Virus record (IMG/VR): IMGVR_UViG_3300006128_000009
Strand: one strand, 5' to 3'
Source of the DNA: an uncultured virus (IMG/VR IMGVR_UViG_3300006128_000009)
Taxonomy: Duplodnaviria; Heunggongvirae; Uroviricota; Caudoviricetes
DNA: 64,000 nt
Positions 10,329 to 20,468 of the stretch are shown here, one piece after another. Position 1 is the stretch's first letter. Each line of letters opens with the position of its first letter. The notes below the pieces were generated by a model. The model made no database searches and was not told where the DNA came from. It saw nothing but the letters and a program-made list of their open reading frames with translations. Both the position numbers and the translations under genes were made by a program.

Positions 10329-10915
10329 GAGATAACGATTCTGTTCTATTAGAGGATGCTTATATATCATTATATAAATCTATTTTAGAAAATAAAGAAA
10401 TTTATAATGATATTTCTCCTATATCACCCGATGATGTATACCATAATGCAGTCGAAACTGGTGATATGGAAAAAGTGCAATTTTTGGTAGATGAAGCCGC
10501 AAAGAAGGCTGGATATAATGTAGGTCCAGTGTTTCACGGAACAAATTCTGATTATTTTACAACATTTGACTCATCAAAGGCTAAAGTTCTACTTGCGGGA
10601 AAGGGATTCTATTTTACCAACTCAAAAAGAATATCGTCTAGATATGGGAAGAACGTAATCTCTGTGTACTTACGAATAAATGATCCAATTATAAACGACG
10701 AAAATGGAAATCTAGTTGGTGTTAGGGGAACCGATGAAGGAGACTCTAGATGGATAAAGGGTGGTTTTCCCGGCACAAACAAAGGAGAAGAAATCTTTTT
10801 AGTTCGCAGTCCAAATCAAATCAAATCCGCAGACCCAACAACTTATGACAATAAAGGTATTCTGATCCCGCTTTCACAACGCTTTAATTCACAAAGCAAA
10901 GACATCAGATATTAA
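10325..10915 (+). CDS. ADP-ribosyltransferase-like domain protein (polyvalent-protein type)
   Basis: VFHGT..F..FD, GKGFYFT, YG..V..VYL, PNQIKSADP.TYD...IPLSQRF..DIRY. Confidence 0.6.
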   Translation: MRDNDSVLLEDAYISLYKSILENKEIYNDISPISPDDVYHNAVETGDMEKVQFLVDEAAKKAGYNVGPVFHGTNSDYFTTFDSSKAKVLLAGKGFYFTNSKRISSRYGKNVISVYLRINDPIINDENGNLVGVRGTDEGDSRWIKGGFPGTNKGEEIFLVRSPNQIKSADPTTYDNKGILIPLSQRFNSQSKDIRY

Positions 10916-11099
10916 AATTTGATTGATATTCATCAGGATTTTGATAAGATATACATATCAAATTATGAGTACCGAAACGCATCAGTCAGAGATTTACTGG
11001 CTCTTGCGTAATAAGAAAAATTTTAAAAGAAAATAAGGTTTCAACCAAAAAACCCTTGTTTAAATCTGAATCATCAGTATAATATTACTATAACATTTT

Positions 11100-12758
11100 A
11101 TGACAACAACACAAGAACCATACTATTGGCTTAATAAAGATTCTATTAAATTTTTACATAGAGGATATCTACTTGAAGGAGAAGAACCAAAGAAAAGATA
11201 TAGAGACATTGCAGAAACATCAGAAAGAATTTTAAAGATAAAAGGATTTGCTGATAAATTTGAAGATTATGTATCTAAGGGATTTTACTCTTTGAGTTCT
11301 CCTATAGTTTCAAACTTTGGTCGCAAGCGTGGACTTCCTATTTCATGCTTTGGGTCTTTTGTTCCTGATACAATGGAAGGAATTTTGGAAAAAATTTCTG
11401 AAGTTGGAATGATGACAAAGGTTGGTGGTGGAACATCTGCTACATTTGGTGCTCTTCGTCCTAGAGGTACTCCTATTTCTTCTGGTGGAGAATCTACTGG
11501 TTCTGTTCATTTCATGGAAATGTTTGAATCGTTGATGAATGTTGTTTCTCAAGGCAATGTTCGTCGTGGATCGTTTGCAGCTTATCTTCCGATTGATCAT
11601 GGTGACATTGAGGAGTTCCTTCAAATTCGTGGTGAAGGAAATTCCATTCAAAATCTTTCTATTGGCGTTTCTGTTACAGATGATTGGATGAAATCCATGA
11701 TTGATGGAGACAAGGAAAAACGCAGAATTTGGGGTCTGGTCTTAAAGAAAAGATTTGAATCAGGTTATCCTTATATCTTTTTTAAAGATAATGCCAATAA
11801 TCAAGCACCACAAGTTTATAAAGACAAAGGATTAACAATTACTCATAGTAATCTTTGTAGCGAAATTATGCTTCCTAATTCTGAAGATGAATCATTTGTT
11901 TGCGATTTATCTTCTATGAATCTTGAACGTTGGGAAGAATGGAAAGACACCGATGCAGTAGAAACCATGATCTGGTTTTTGGATGCAGTTATGGAAGAGT
12001 TTATTGAAAAAACTGAGGGGATGAAATTTATGGATGCTCCTAGAAAGTTTGCAATTCGTCATCGTGCGTTAGGTCTCGGTGTACTTGGTTGGCACTCTCT
12101 TTTACAATCCAAAATGATTGCATTTGAATCTATGGAAGCAAAGTTCCTTAATGGAACTATTTGGAAAACCATTCGTGAAAGAGCAGACAAAGCAACTACT
12201 GAACTTGCTCAAAAATATGGAGAACCAGAAATTCTAAAGGGTTATGGTCGTAGAAATACAACAACTCTTGCTGTTGCTCCCACAACTTCATCATCATTTA
12301 TTCTTGGACAAGTATCTCCAAGTATTGAACCAAATAATAGTAACTACTATGTTAAGGATCTTGCTAAAGGAAAATTCTCATACAAGAATCCTTATCTTAA
12401 AAAACTACTAAAAGAAAAGGGTAAGAATGACGAAGAAACTTGGATGGACATTCTCAAACATGGTGGATCTGTTCAACATTTGGATTTCTTATCAGATCAT
12501 GAAAAGGAAGTATTCAAAACATACGAAGAGACATCCCAGAAAGAAATCATCATTCAAGCTGCTGGTCGTCAGAAGTATATCGATCAAGGTCAGAGTTTGA
12601 ATGTTTTAATCCCTGCTGGTACGCCACCAAAGCTTGTTAATGAACTTAATATATTTGCTTGGGAGCAGGGTATTAAGTCTCTTTATTACCAGAGATCAAC
12701 TAATCCTGCAAAAGAGCTTGCGAGAAGCATAATGAGTTGTCAATCATGTCAAGCATAG
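11100..12758 (+). CDS. nrdA: Ribonucleotide reductase class I alpha subunit (no ATP cone)
   Basis: PISCF, SNLCSE, VCDLSS, APTTSSS, KSLYY, C-terminal CxxC. Confidence 0.96.
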   Translation: MTTTQEPYYWLNKDSIKFLHRGYLLEGEEPKKRYRDIAETSERILKIKGFADKFEDYVSKGFYSLSSPIVSNFGRKRGLPISCFGSFVPDTMEGILEKISEVGMMTKVGGGTSATFGALRPRGTPISSGGESTGSVHFMEMFESLMNVVSQGNVRRGSFAAYLPIDHGDIEEFLQIRGEGNSIQNLSIGVSVTDDWMKSMIDGDKEKRRIWGLVLKKRFESGYPYIFFKDNANNQAPQVYKDKGLTITHSNLCSEIMLPNSEDESFVCDLSSMNLERWEEWKDTDAVETMIWFLDAVMEEFIEKTEGMKFMDAPRKFAIRHRALGLGVLGWHSLLQSKMIAFESMEAKFLNGTIWKTIRERADKATTELAQKYGEPEILKGYGRRNTTTLAVAPTTSSSFILGQVSPSIEPNNSNYYVKDLAKGKFSYKNPYLKKLLKEKGKNDEETWMDILKHGGSVQHLDFLSDHEKEVFKTYEETSQKEIIIQAAGRQKYIDQGQSLNVLIPAGTPPKLVNELNIFAWEQGIKSLYYQRSTNPAKELARSIMSCQSCQA

Positions 12759-13315
12759 ATTTAAACCTTTATATAAATAAAATATACGGTTCTTATACAG
12801 TTAAGAAATTTATTAAATTTCGTAATTATAAAACTAGTAGATGTCCTATATATGAATGTTTATGTGAATGTGGTAAAGTAAAAAATGTGATGTTATGGGA
12901 TTTAAGAAGAGGTACATCTAATTCTTGTGGATGTTCAAGAATCAAATCTGCGATAAAAAGATTTAATAAATCTGGACCAGAAAAGGTTATAAAAAATTAC
13001 AAATATCATGCAGAAAAAAGAAATTATAATTTTGATTTAACAAATGAAGAATGTATTAAAATTATGGAAAGTAAATGTTATTATTGTGGAACTTTACCTA
13101 AAAATACTATAAAATCTTTTAATAATCATGCAAAATATAAATATAATGGAATAGATAGAATTGATAACAAAAAAGGTTATATATTAGAAAATTGCGTATC
13201 TTGTTGTTATCAATGTAATCGTTGCAAATCGGATTTATCTTATGATGAATTTATTAATTGGATAAAAGACATTAATAAAAATTTAAATCTTGTAAATCCT
13301 GTGAAGCTTGATTAG
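12746..13315 (+). CDS. HNH homing endonuclease overlapping nrdA 3' end
   Basis: CLCECG, SCGC, CYYCG, NGIDRIDN.KGY..ENCVSCC..CN. Confidence 0.85.
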   Translation: MSSIDLNLYINKIYGSYTVKKFIKFRNYKTSRCPIYECLCECGKVKNVMLWDLRRGTSNSCGCSRIKSAIKRFNKSGPEKVIKNYKYHAEKRNYNFDLTNEECIKIMESKCYYCGTLPKNTIKSFNNHAKYKYNGIDRIDNKKGYILENCVSCCYQCNRCKSDLSYDEFINWIKDINKNLNLVNPVKLD

Positions 13316-13368
13316 AATAAGTAGAATTATTCCCCTATAAGGGGAATTAAAATACATAATCTAAACAT

Positions 13369-13953
13369 ATGAGCAATCTCAATAGGACAACCGTATTGGT
13401 TCTTAATAGAAACTGGCAAGCTATTCATGTTAAGTCACCAGCTGATGCTTTATCCATGATGTATACGGATTCTGCAACAGGGTTAGATATTTTGGGTGAA
13501 GATCAAATGATCCCATATAAATGGAAAGATTGGGTTAAACTACCTTATGATTCAGAATCCGAATACGTAAAAACTATTAATGGCGACATTAAAATCCCTA
13601 AAGTTATTGTTTTATGTAAATTCAATAAAGTTCCAATGAAGAGACCAAAATTCTCTCTTAGTGGTGTTTGGGTTCGTGATGGCGGTGTATGCCAATATAC
13701 TGGAAAAAAGCTTTCAAAGAACGAAGGTAATGTAGATCACGTTATGCCAAGAAGTAGAGGTGGTAAAACTGATTGGAGTAATTGCGTTCTTGCTCATAAA
13801 GAAGTTAACGCACAAAAAGCTAATAGAACGCCCGAAGAAGCTGGGCTTAAGTTGATTAAACCACCAGCTATTCCTAGACATATGCCAACGACTTTTTATA
13901 TTAAAAATAAGCATAATATTAAAGAATGGAACATGTTCCTTAATATTGAATAA
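13369..13953 (+). CDS. HNH endonuclease (McrA-like family)
   Basis: VLVLN, RDGGVCQYTG, DHVMPRSRGGKTDWSN, N..KANRTPEEAG. Confidence 0.85.
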   Translation: MSNLNRTTVLVLNRNWQAIHVKSPADALSMMYTDSATGLDILGEDQMIPYKWKDWVKLPYDSESEYVKTINGDIKIPKVIVLCKFNKVPMKRPKFSLSGVWVRDGGVCQYTGKKLSKNEGNVDHVMPRSRGGKTDWSNCVLAHKEVNAQKANRTPEEAGLKLIKPPAIPRHMPTTFYIKNKHNIKEWNMFLNIE

Positions 13954-13954
13954 T

Positions 13955-14350
13955 ATGAATTGGGAACAATATGCTCTTAAACTAGCAGAAGTAGCTGCTC
14001 TTAAATCTAAAGATCCTTATCAAACAGTTGGTTGTTGTCTACTTCGACATGATAATAGCATTGCATCTTTAGGTTATAATGGATTTCCTGCTGGTATGGA
14101 AGAAGATTGGTCTAATCGTGATGAACGTAGAAAATATGTTGTTCATTCTGAAATCAATGCCCTTCGTTATATAAAGCCTGACGAATGTTATTTAGCAGCA
14201 ACTACATTACTACCATGTAATGATTGTTTAAAGTCTCTTGCTGCTTATGGCATCAAGAAAATCATTTATAAAGATGTTTATAAATTCGATCCCTCTACTT
14301 TAGAACTTGCTGAGAAGTTCGGTATATCTTTATACCAAATTAAGCCTTGA
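13955..14350 (+). CDS. dCMP deaminase
   Basis: SKDP, GYNG.P, HSEINAL, PCNDC. Confidence 0.92.
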   Translation: MNWEQYALKLAEVAALKSKDPYQTVGCCLLRHDNSIASLGYNGFPAGMEEDWSNRDERRKYVVHSEINALRYIKPDECYLAATTLLPCNDCLKSLAAYGIKKIIYKDVYKFDPSTLELAEKFGISLYQIKP

Positions 14351-14669
14351 TTTCAGGCTTATAGATTAAAGCATTGGTTGTCTTAACTAGATTGCTTTCT
14401 GAAATAGCAATCATTTCTTCCATCCAAGGTTCAATAACACTACCCTTTTCAATTGCATCCAAAGCTTGATGTGCATGTGCAATCATAGAACGAAGACGAG
14501 TCTGAACCATTTCGATTTTTTCATGCTCTAAATGTTCTAAATCATGATGTTCACTACCTTCATGACCAACATTATGATTTACAAAATCCTTTACTTCTTC
14601 TGGTGAAATTTCCACGGAAGCAATTTCATCATATGCTTCCATTAAATTTTGGATGTCTTTTTTATTCAT
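14340..14669 (-). CDS. Hypothetical late protein
   Basis: MNKKDIQNLMEAY; GTAAGTA upstream. Confidence 0.6.
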   Translation of the reverse strand: MNKKDIQNLMEAYDEIASVEISPEEVKDFVNHNVGHEGSEHHDLEHLEHEKIEMVQTRLRSMIAHAHQALDAIEKGSVIEPWMEEMIAISESNLVKTTNALIYKPEIKA

Positions 14670-14701
14670 TAATAATACTTACACTCAACAGTGTAAGATT
14701 A

Positions 14702-15424
14702 TTAAAAATTTCCATTAAATTCATATGTTCCCATATGGGAAAGCTTTACCCAAGGAGCCATCCAAATTTTAATATCATTTTCCCTAGCAACTTTACAAAA
14801 AGCATAGTCTTCTGACAAAAGTCTCTTAGATTTTTGATCTATAAATACAGGAAAAAAATTATAAATTACTTGTCCTATTGTTTCCTCGCTGTTGTCATTT
14901 AAATAATTCTCAACAACAGTTGAAAGTTTCTCCAGAACGTTTCTTTGAATTAACATAAATCCAGTTCCACCATTCCATATTTCTATGGGTTCCTCTGGAT
15001 TTTTAATTGATTTTGCTCCATATTCGTAATCTTTAAAGTTTACAACAAACCCACCAGTATGGAATTGCAATTGATTTGGTTCAATGTTATTTTTTACTGC
15101 ATTTGATATTCTACTCCAATTTATAAATTTAGCAGGATAAACACCACATATAATTTCTTTATCAGACTGCATCATTCTTAAAATGTCACTCGGATTGAAT
15201 TTAATATCACCGTCAATAAACATTAAGTGTGTAAAATCTGTTTGTTGTAGAAAATTAGTAGCTAAAGTATTTCTAGCTCTTTGAATAAGAGATTCATTGG
15301 ATATAGTACCCAAAGAGCATTCGATGTTTATATTTTTAAAAAACAAAAAAGTACTGAGAATGGATTTCATGTATTCACCATGACACATTCCACCATACAT
15401 AGGAGTTGCTATAAATAATTTCAT
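14702..15424 (-). CDS. Glycosyltransferase family 2-like protein
   Basis: IATPMYGG, ESLIQRARN, FIDGD, GTGFML, SEDYAFC. Confidence 0.75.
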   Translation of the reverse strand: MKLFIATPMYGGMCHGEYMKSILSTFLFFKNINIECSLGTISNESLIQRARNTLATNFLQQTDFTHLMFIDGDIKFNPSDILRMMQSDKEIICGVYPAKFINWSRISNAVKNNIEPNQLQFHTGGFVVNFKDYEYGAKSIKNPEEPIEIWNGGTGFMLIQRNVLEKLSTVVENYLNDNSEETIGQVIYNFFPVFIDQKSKRLLSEDYAFCKVARENDIKIWMAPWVKLSHMGTYEFNGNF

Positions 15425-15425
15425 A

Positions 15426-15650
15426 TTAATCTAATACTAATCTTTTGTTTTCAATGATGCTATGAAGCTCATCACGAATTTTTAAAAATGCAGAATCTTT
15501 ATTATCTTCGCATTGATCAGTTCCATACTTAATATAACTGCGAAGCAACTGATCTAGATCCCATACGACTAATTTCCAATCAGTTCCGTGTATTGCATCA
15601 AGATGTTCCTCCTCTTCTTCTGGTAAATTAAATTCGAGTGTTGCTTTCAT
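15426..15650 (-). CDS. Hypothetical phage protein
   Basis: MKATLEFNLPE family-like start. Confidence 0.6.
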   Translation of the reverse strand: MKATLEFNLPEEEEEHLDAIHGTDWKLVVWDLDQLLRSYIKYGTDQCEDNKDSAFLKIRDELHSIIENKRLVLD

Positions 15651-16483
15651 TTTAGATTCTTATAAAGATTATCATATGCACCAATAGATTCCAATGCCTT
15701 TTTTCTTCTTTTTTCTTGTGCTGCTAAATAAAAATTAGGTAGATCTGTATCGATAGGTTCAGCATCACCATTTTCATCGATTTCAAGAACTTGATTAAGT
15801 CCGCAATCAATGTTTGCATTACACCCACCAAGATCATACCACATGGTAATCTTTTGCATAGTAGGAGTATGTCCAAAAACTTGTTTAAATCTTCTAGAAA
15901 CATGACCTTCTTGGTAATCATCACACCAAAGAATACCTCCAACCTTTTGTGTACCACCACGACAACGACCTACAGCACCGATGATTTCATTCCAATTACG
16001 ATTAAGATAATCATCCTTAGCTTTTGCAATTTTATCAATAATGACATCATTACTCATACCTTTTAATGGATGTTCAAACCAATGAGGATGAATACCAGCA
16101 TGAGTGAACCACCAACCATTTCCATAATGAGCAAATTTGATTTTATCCCAATCAGATTCATTCATAATACGATTAATAGCATCATCTTTTTTCATATCAT
16201 ATCCCGAACAATTATAAATGTTCTGCATATGACCATTTTCATCTTTTTTACAATTCAGATAAGAATAATTAATATCATGATTACCCATTAAATGAATACG
16301 ATTGGGTTTATCAAGCGATTCTTTGAGCCATCGAGCAGTTTGTGTTGCGTCTTCGGCGGTATCATAAAAATCATCGAAGTAATCACCTGTAAAAATTACA
16401 GTATGAGTTTTATCGTACAACGATGCAATTTGTTCAGCTTCAACCCAATGATTATGGATATCGCCTATAGCTATAATATTCAT
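15647..16483 (-). CDS. Metallophosphoesterase
   Basis: GDIH, GDYFD, GNHD, THAG, GHT. Confidence 0.88.
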   Translation of the reverse strand: MNIIAIGDIHNHWVEAEQIASLYDKTHTVIFTGDYFDDFYDTAEDATQTARWLKESLDKPNRIHLMGNHDINYSYLNCKKDENGHMQNIYNCSGYDMKKDDAINRIMNESDWDKIKFAHYGNGWWFTHAGIHPHWFEHPLKGMSNDVIIDKIAKAKDDYLNRNWNEIIGAVGRCRGGTQKVGGILWCDDYQEGHVSRRFKQVFGHTPTMQKITMWYDLGGCNANIDCGLNQVLEIDENGDAEPIDTDLPNFYLAAQEKRRKKALESIGAYDNLYKNLK

Positions 16484-17097
16484 TAGAGATTCCTATAAAT
16501 AAAAGATTGTATTTTTTTGCAGGATTCACTCAAATTATGAAAAAATCTTGCTATGAATCTTATGAAATGATTATATCCATCAAACGTGATCATGTTCAAG
16601 AATTTTCTAGAACGAGTACGAAAACTTTTTGCATCTCTTTCAAATATATCTTGAATGTGTTTAGCGTCCTCGTCTAATTGTTTCTTTGTCTTATAAAGAC
16701 TCTTTTCAAATAAAGTGATTTTATCTAGCTTACCTTTTACAAAGATAGCTTTAAATTCAATCCAGTATTCATCTCCGTTATTATTAGGAATATGATCATA
16801 AAAATATATATCACCTGTATGTTTTACTTTTTTATTAACTCTGCTTTCTTCTACGAATTTGTGAGGCCACCACCAACGACCTTTGTGACCCTTTGGTTTA
16901 GGATTTTCAACCCAATGACCTTTAATGATCTCGTTATATAGATAGCCTTTATCACTAATCAAATAATTGGACAATGTACACTCCAAATCCTTTGTTTGAT
17001 ATCTGATTTCATTAAAATCAATATTACTGAATTGTTTTGCCATAGTTTTGGTAATAGGCAAAATTGCTTTACATTTAATAGAATCGAACATTCCCAT
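16483..17097 (-). CDS. Hypothetical phage protein
   Basis: MGMFD...YQTKDL conserved-looking start. Confidence 0.65.
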   Translation of the reverse strand: MGMFDSIKCKAILPITKTMAKQFSNIDFNEIRYQTKDLECTLSNYLISDKGYLYNEIIKGHWVENPKPKGHKGRWWWPHKFVEESRVNKKVKHTGDIYFYDHIPNNNGDEYWIEFKAIFVKGKLDKITLFEKSLYKTKKQLDEDAKHIQDIFERDAKSFRTRSRKFLNMITFDGYNHFIRFIARFFHNLSESCKKIQSFIYRNL

Positions 17098-17149
17098 AGA
17101 ACAACTATTTTATATGATAATTGTATAATGTCAACGATAAATATTCTAT

Positions 17150-17512
17150 ATGGCAACACTTTCAACTATTTTATCACCAGCTAGTGCATCTTATCCACTT
17201 AACCCAAATGTAGCTTATTCTAACTCATGGGTTCAGGTTAGCAACGATCAAAATAGGGCTTTATTTGCAATGGCTACATATGAAGTAAATGGTATGAATG
17301 GTGGAACCTATTTTAGTGGAGCTAGTGCTTATGTTGGTAATTGGTATGCTATCCAAATGCTTGCTGATACTACATTTACAACTTTATCTTCTACAAATTG
17401 GAATGGAGCGGTTATCAGTAATTCTGATACCTTCTCAAACGGTACTGTTATATATGGTAACTTCACAAAAGTTACTATCAATTCAGGAAGAGCAATAGGA
17501 TATAATTTTTAA
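17150..17512 (+). CDS. Putative virion protein
   Basis: G/S/T/N-rich; ATAAATA upstream; shares motif with 32763..33410. Confidence 0.55.
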   Translation: MATLSTILSPASASYPLNPNVAYSNSWVQVSNDQNRALFAMATYEVNGMNGGTYFSGASAYVGNWYAIQMLADTTFTTLSSTNWNGAVISNSDTFSNGTVIYGNFTKVTINSGRAIGYNF

Positions 17513-17606
17513 TATGTCAAAATTAGGATTAAGATTGGGGATTAAAAAATCAGCAGCCACTTCTACGACTGCTAGAGTTATTGCCAAAAAAGTAACTGGC
17601 AAATAA

Positions 17607-18035
17607 TTAATTTTCATTAAAAAAGCCTGATTTTATTATTTTAAAATCATCTTTACTATCTTCAAATACTTTTTTAGCTAATTCATCAGAATTATCTTTC
17701 AAATCGTAATTTATTCTCCAAGATCCAGTGTTATCGTATAACCAAAGATTGGTACTGTTTATTGGATATACATATTCAACAAAGGAGTGTCCATGAATAT
17801 TTTTATCGCCTTCGCTTTTTAAAGTAAACAATACATGAACAATTCTCAACCATATTCCATATTTCTGAAATTTCTCTTTTAATAATATAGCAGATAAGAA
17901 GCAAGAATTAGGTAAAGCTTCTACTTCGGGTTCTGGTTGTTCTAAAGGTGCTAGATCTCTGGATATAGAAGTACTAGATGGTATTACAAATAATAATACT
18001 ATAATTGTTAGTATACTATAAAAACATTTATTCAC
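17607..18035 (-). CDS. Putative secreted protein
   Basis: N-terminal signal-like helix; C..H..D residues. Confidence 0.55.
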   Translation of the reverse strand: MNKCFYSILTIIVLLFVIPSSTSISRDLAPLEQPEPEVEALPNSCFLSAILLKEKFQKYGIWLRIVHVLFTLKSEGDKNIHGHSFVEYVYPINSTNLWLYDNTGSWRINYDLKDNSDELAKKVFEDSKDDFKIIKSGFFNEN

Positions 18036-18067
18036 CTATTAATATTTACACATTAATAGAATCAAAA

Positions 18068-18143
<76 letters not shown>

Positions 18144-18188
18144 GTAAATTATACTTATTAACTTAATCTAAGATATATTAAAATTCAA

Positions 18189-18419
18189 TTAAAAATCTAA
18201 AGTTTCAGCATCATTCTCATGAAGAATAATACCATCTTTAGTTACATACATTCCATCTGTCATATAAATAATTTTTCTAGAATCATTCAAATCTGAAATT
18301 TCTAAACCACCGTATTCTTTCCACATTTGCTTACTCCATTCCAAATCATCTTTTGATTCTTTGATTCTTTTTTCCCAAAGTTTTTGGGCTTTTTTTGTTT
18401 TTGGTTTCCAGTTTTTCAT
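18189..18419 (-). CDS. Hypothetical protein
   Basis: ORF with TTGACA promoter upstream. Confidence 0.55.
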   Translation of the reverse strand: MKNWKPKTKKAQKLWEKRIKESKDDLEWSKQMWKEYGGLEISDLNDSRKIIYMTDGMYVTKDGIILHENDAETLDF

Positions 18420-18462
18420 AAAAAAATATTATTATATTAATATATAGTTGTCAATTAAAATT

Positions 18463-18539
18463 TGGCGGAACTGACGAGGAACGATCTCGCAACCTTATGC
18501 GTGACAGGCAGACGCTCTAACCAATTGAGCTACAGTTCC
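18463..18539 (-). tRNA. tRNA-Asp(GTC)
   Basis: Cloverleaf, GTC, CCA; T-loop ATCGTTC. Confidence 0.92.
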
Positions 18540-18545
18540 GTTTTA

Positions 18546-18618
18546 TAGGACTAGTAGGGATCGAACCTACGACAAACACGTTATCAACATGCCACTCTAC
18601 CAACTGAGTTATAGTCCT
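18546..18618 (-). tRNA. tRNA-Ile(GAT)
   Basis: Cloverleaf, GAT, no encoded CCA. Confidence 0.92.
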
Positions 18619-18625
18619 GAGAAAA

Positions 18626-18700
18626 TGGTGGGAGATATAGGATTCAAACCTATGACTTTTTCGGTGTAAACGAAACACTCTATCGCTGAGTTAATCTCCC
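18626..18700 (-). tRNA. tRNA-Val(TAC)
   Basis: TTTCG-TTTACAC-CGAAA anticodon arm, CCA. Confidence 0.92.
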
Positions 18701-18794
18701 AAATACTATAATATATTAATACAATACATACTTATTGTCAAATTTTAATTTACCGAGCTTTTAATTTTGTAGAACTGGTCGGATAAATATTTAT

Positions 18795-19220
18795 ATGAAA
18801 AAATCATTTTGTTTAAATTGTAAAAAAGAAATAAATTACGATCCAAGTAAAAGTTTTGGAAAATATTGTAATAATAAGTGTCAAGCTGAATATAGATTTA
18901 TTAACATAACGTCACCAAAAATAGAATCGGGAAATTGTTCAGAAGCAAAAACTTTAAATAAATTTTTATCAAAAACTAGAGGATATAAATGTGAAATTTG
19001 TAATTTATCTAATTGGTTAGATAAAAATATTTCATTACACGTTGATCACATTGATGGAAATTCTGATAATAATTTTCCATCAAATTTAAGATTACTTTGC
19101 CCAAATTGTCATTCTCAAACCGAGACATATTGTAGTAGAAATCGAAAAAACTCTAATAGATCATCTTATAAGAAAAGATATAGAATTAAAAATATAAAAA
19201 AGCAGCCGCTCTACCACTGA
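18795..19220 (+). CDS. HNH endonuclease with Zn finger
   Basis: CLNC..YCNNKC; CEIC, LHVDHIDGN..NN...NLRLLCPNCH. Confidence 0.9.
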   Translation: MKKSFCLNCKKEINYDPSKSFGKYCNNKCQAEYRFINITSPKIESGNCSEAKTLNKFLSKTRGYKCEICNLSNWLDKNISLHVDHIDGNSDNNFPSNLRLLCPNCHSQTETYCSRNRKNSNRSSYKKRYRIKNIKKQPLYH

Positions 19221-19231
19221 GCTAATCTTCC
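19199..19231 (-). pseudogene. 5' half of a tRNA (Val-like) broken at the anticodon loop
   Basis: GGAAGATTAGCTCAGTGGTAGAGCGGCTGCTTT then no 3' half; resembles the intact tRNA-Val 5' half. Confidence 0.75.
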
Positions 19232-19232
19232 T

Positions 19233-19805
19233 TTATGTCCAAAGATAACTTCTATACTTAATCAAATAAGTAAAGTATTCCGTATCTTTTTCATGAATTC
19301 TCTTTTCTGCTTTATCGATTTCGTCACAATAATCTAAAAAATTAGACTTACTATAAATTGAATCAATATAATTCTGCATATGTTTTCTTTTTGAAGAAAC
19401 CCACAAATAAATTTCTTCTAGCTTTTTATATACAGGATAATGTGTTTCGTAATAATCCCAAAAATTAGTTACACTACCCCAATCTTTTTTAAGTTTTTCA
19501 TCCGTGTCTTTTAATGAACTTTCTATCATAGTAATTTGTTCAAGACCATTTTCTTCTTCGACGAATGAAATTACAACAGCAGAAAGAAAATCTTCAATAC
19601 GACCATCAAGATCTTTCCATTCTTTAGTGATAGATTTTCTCAAAGAATCATGCCTTGGATTTACAAAGACATCAATCTTATGTTTAATATTCCAAATAAA
19701 ATTTTCAATTCTGTCTTTGATTGTATTCATTAAAAAGTATATTAATCTGTTTGGCTGCTTTTTGCAAGTCTTTTGTTTCTTTTTTATTAAGATTTGCGTT
19801 CTCAA
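19233..19805 (-). CDS. Hypothetical protein (true start probably MNTIKD)
   Basis: ORF ending YLWT. Confidence 0.6.
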   Translation of the reverse strand: MRTQILIKKKQKTCKKQPNRLIYFLMNTIKDRIENFIWNIKHKIDVFVNPRHDSLRKSITKEWKDLDGRIEDFLSAVVISFVEEENGLEQITMIESSLKDTDEKLKKDWGSVTNFWDYYETHYPVYKKLEEIYLWVSSKRKHMQNYIDSIYSKSNFLDYCDEIDKAEKRIHEKDTEYFTYLIKYRSYLWT

Positions 19806-20379
19806 TCAAATGTTCCGGTGTATTTGAAATGTATGCTTGGACTTCATCTTTAAACACTTTTGAATTGTAACCAATATCCAAGAGATATTTTTTTATTTTA
19901 TCCAAAGAAGATTTTAAAATAGAATTCACAATCTTGTCTGCTCTTTGTTTATATTTTTTATGAAGAAAATAAAAAGCATGTGCTACTTCATGATCTATTG
20001 TGGTTTTTTCCTTCGGATGAGATCCTATTAGATAATATTTGTTTGATTCAAGCTGAATTTTATCATCAACTTCCGATATGATTTTATCATATTCATTAAA
20101 ATCCTGTATTTCAAAATCATAATAACAATTCCATAGTGCTGTACATGGAACATTAAATCCAACCCAATCAACTGGATATGTAAACATACCATCTCCAAAT
20201 TTCATGGAATACAAACGCATCAATTGTGATATTGTAAAATTATTTCCACGTATTTCTTTAAAAGGTGATTCATAGAATTCCTGAACTCTACAAAAAGTCA
20301 TTGCTAAATCATAAGAGTTTTCCATCTCCAAAAGATAAACACCTTTATGAAGTTTTATTAGGTTATGTTTTATTTTCAT
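19705..20379 (-). CDS. Hypothetical phage protein with HExxH
   Basis: F.RVQEFYESP, GFNVP, HEVAH. Confidence 0.65.
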   Translation of the reverse strand: MKIKHNLIKLHKGVYLLEMENSYDLAMTFCRVQEFYESPFKEIRGNNFTISQLMRLYSMKFGDGMFTYPVDWVGFNVPCTALWNCYYDFEIQDFNEYDKIISEVDDKIQLESNKYYLIGSHPKEKTTIDHEVAHAFYFLHKKYKQRADKIVNSILKSSLDKIKKYLLDIGYNSKVFKDEVQAYISNTPEHLIENANLNKKETKDLQKAAKQINILFNEYNQRQN

Positions 20380-20388
20380 TTTAAAATG

Positions 20389-20459
20389 CTGCCTCGCTAG
20401 GATTCGAACCTAAACAAAAAGCTCCAAAGGCTCTCGTGCTACCGTTACACCACAAGGCA
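20389..20459 (-). tRNA. tRNA-Gln(TTG)
   Basis: Cloverleaf with T1-A72, loop CTTTGGA. Confidence 0.9.
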
Positions 20460-20468
20460 ATAAACTCC

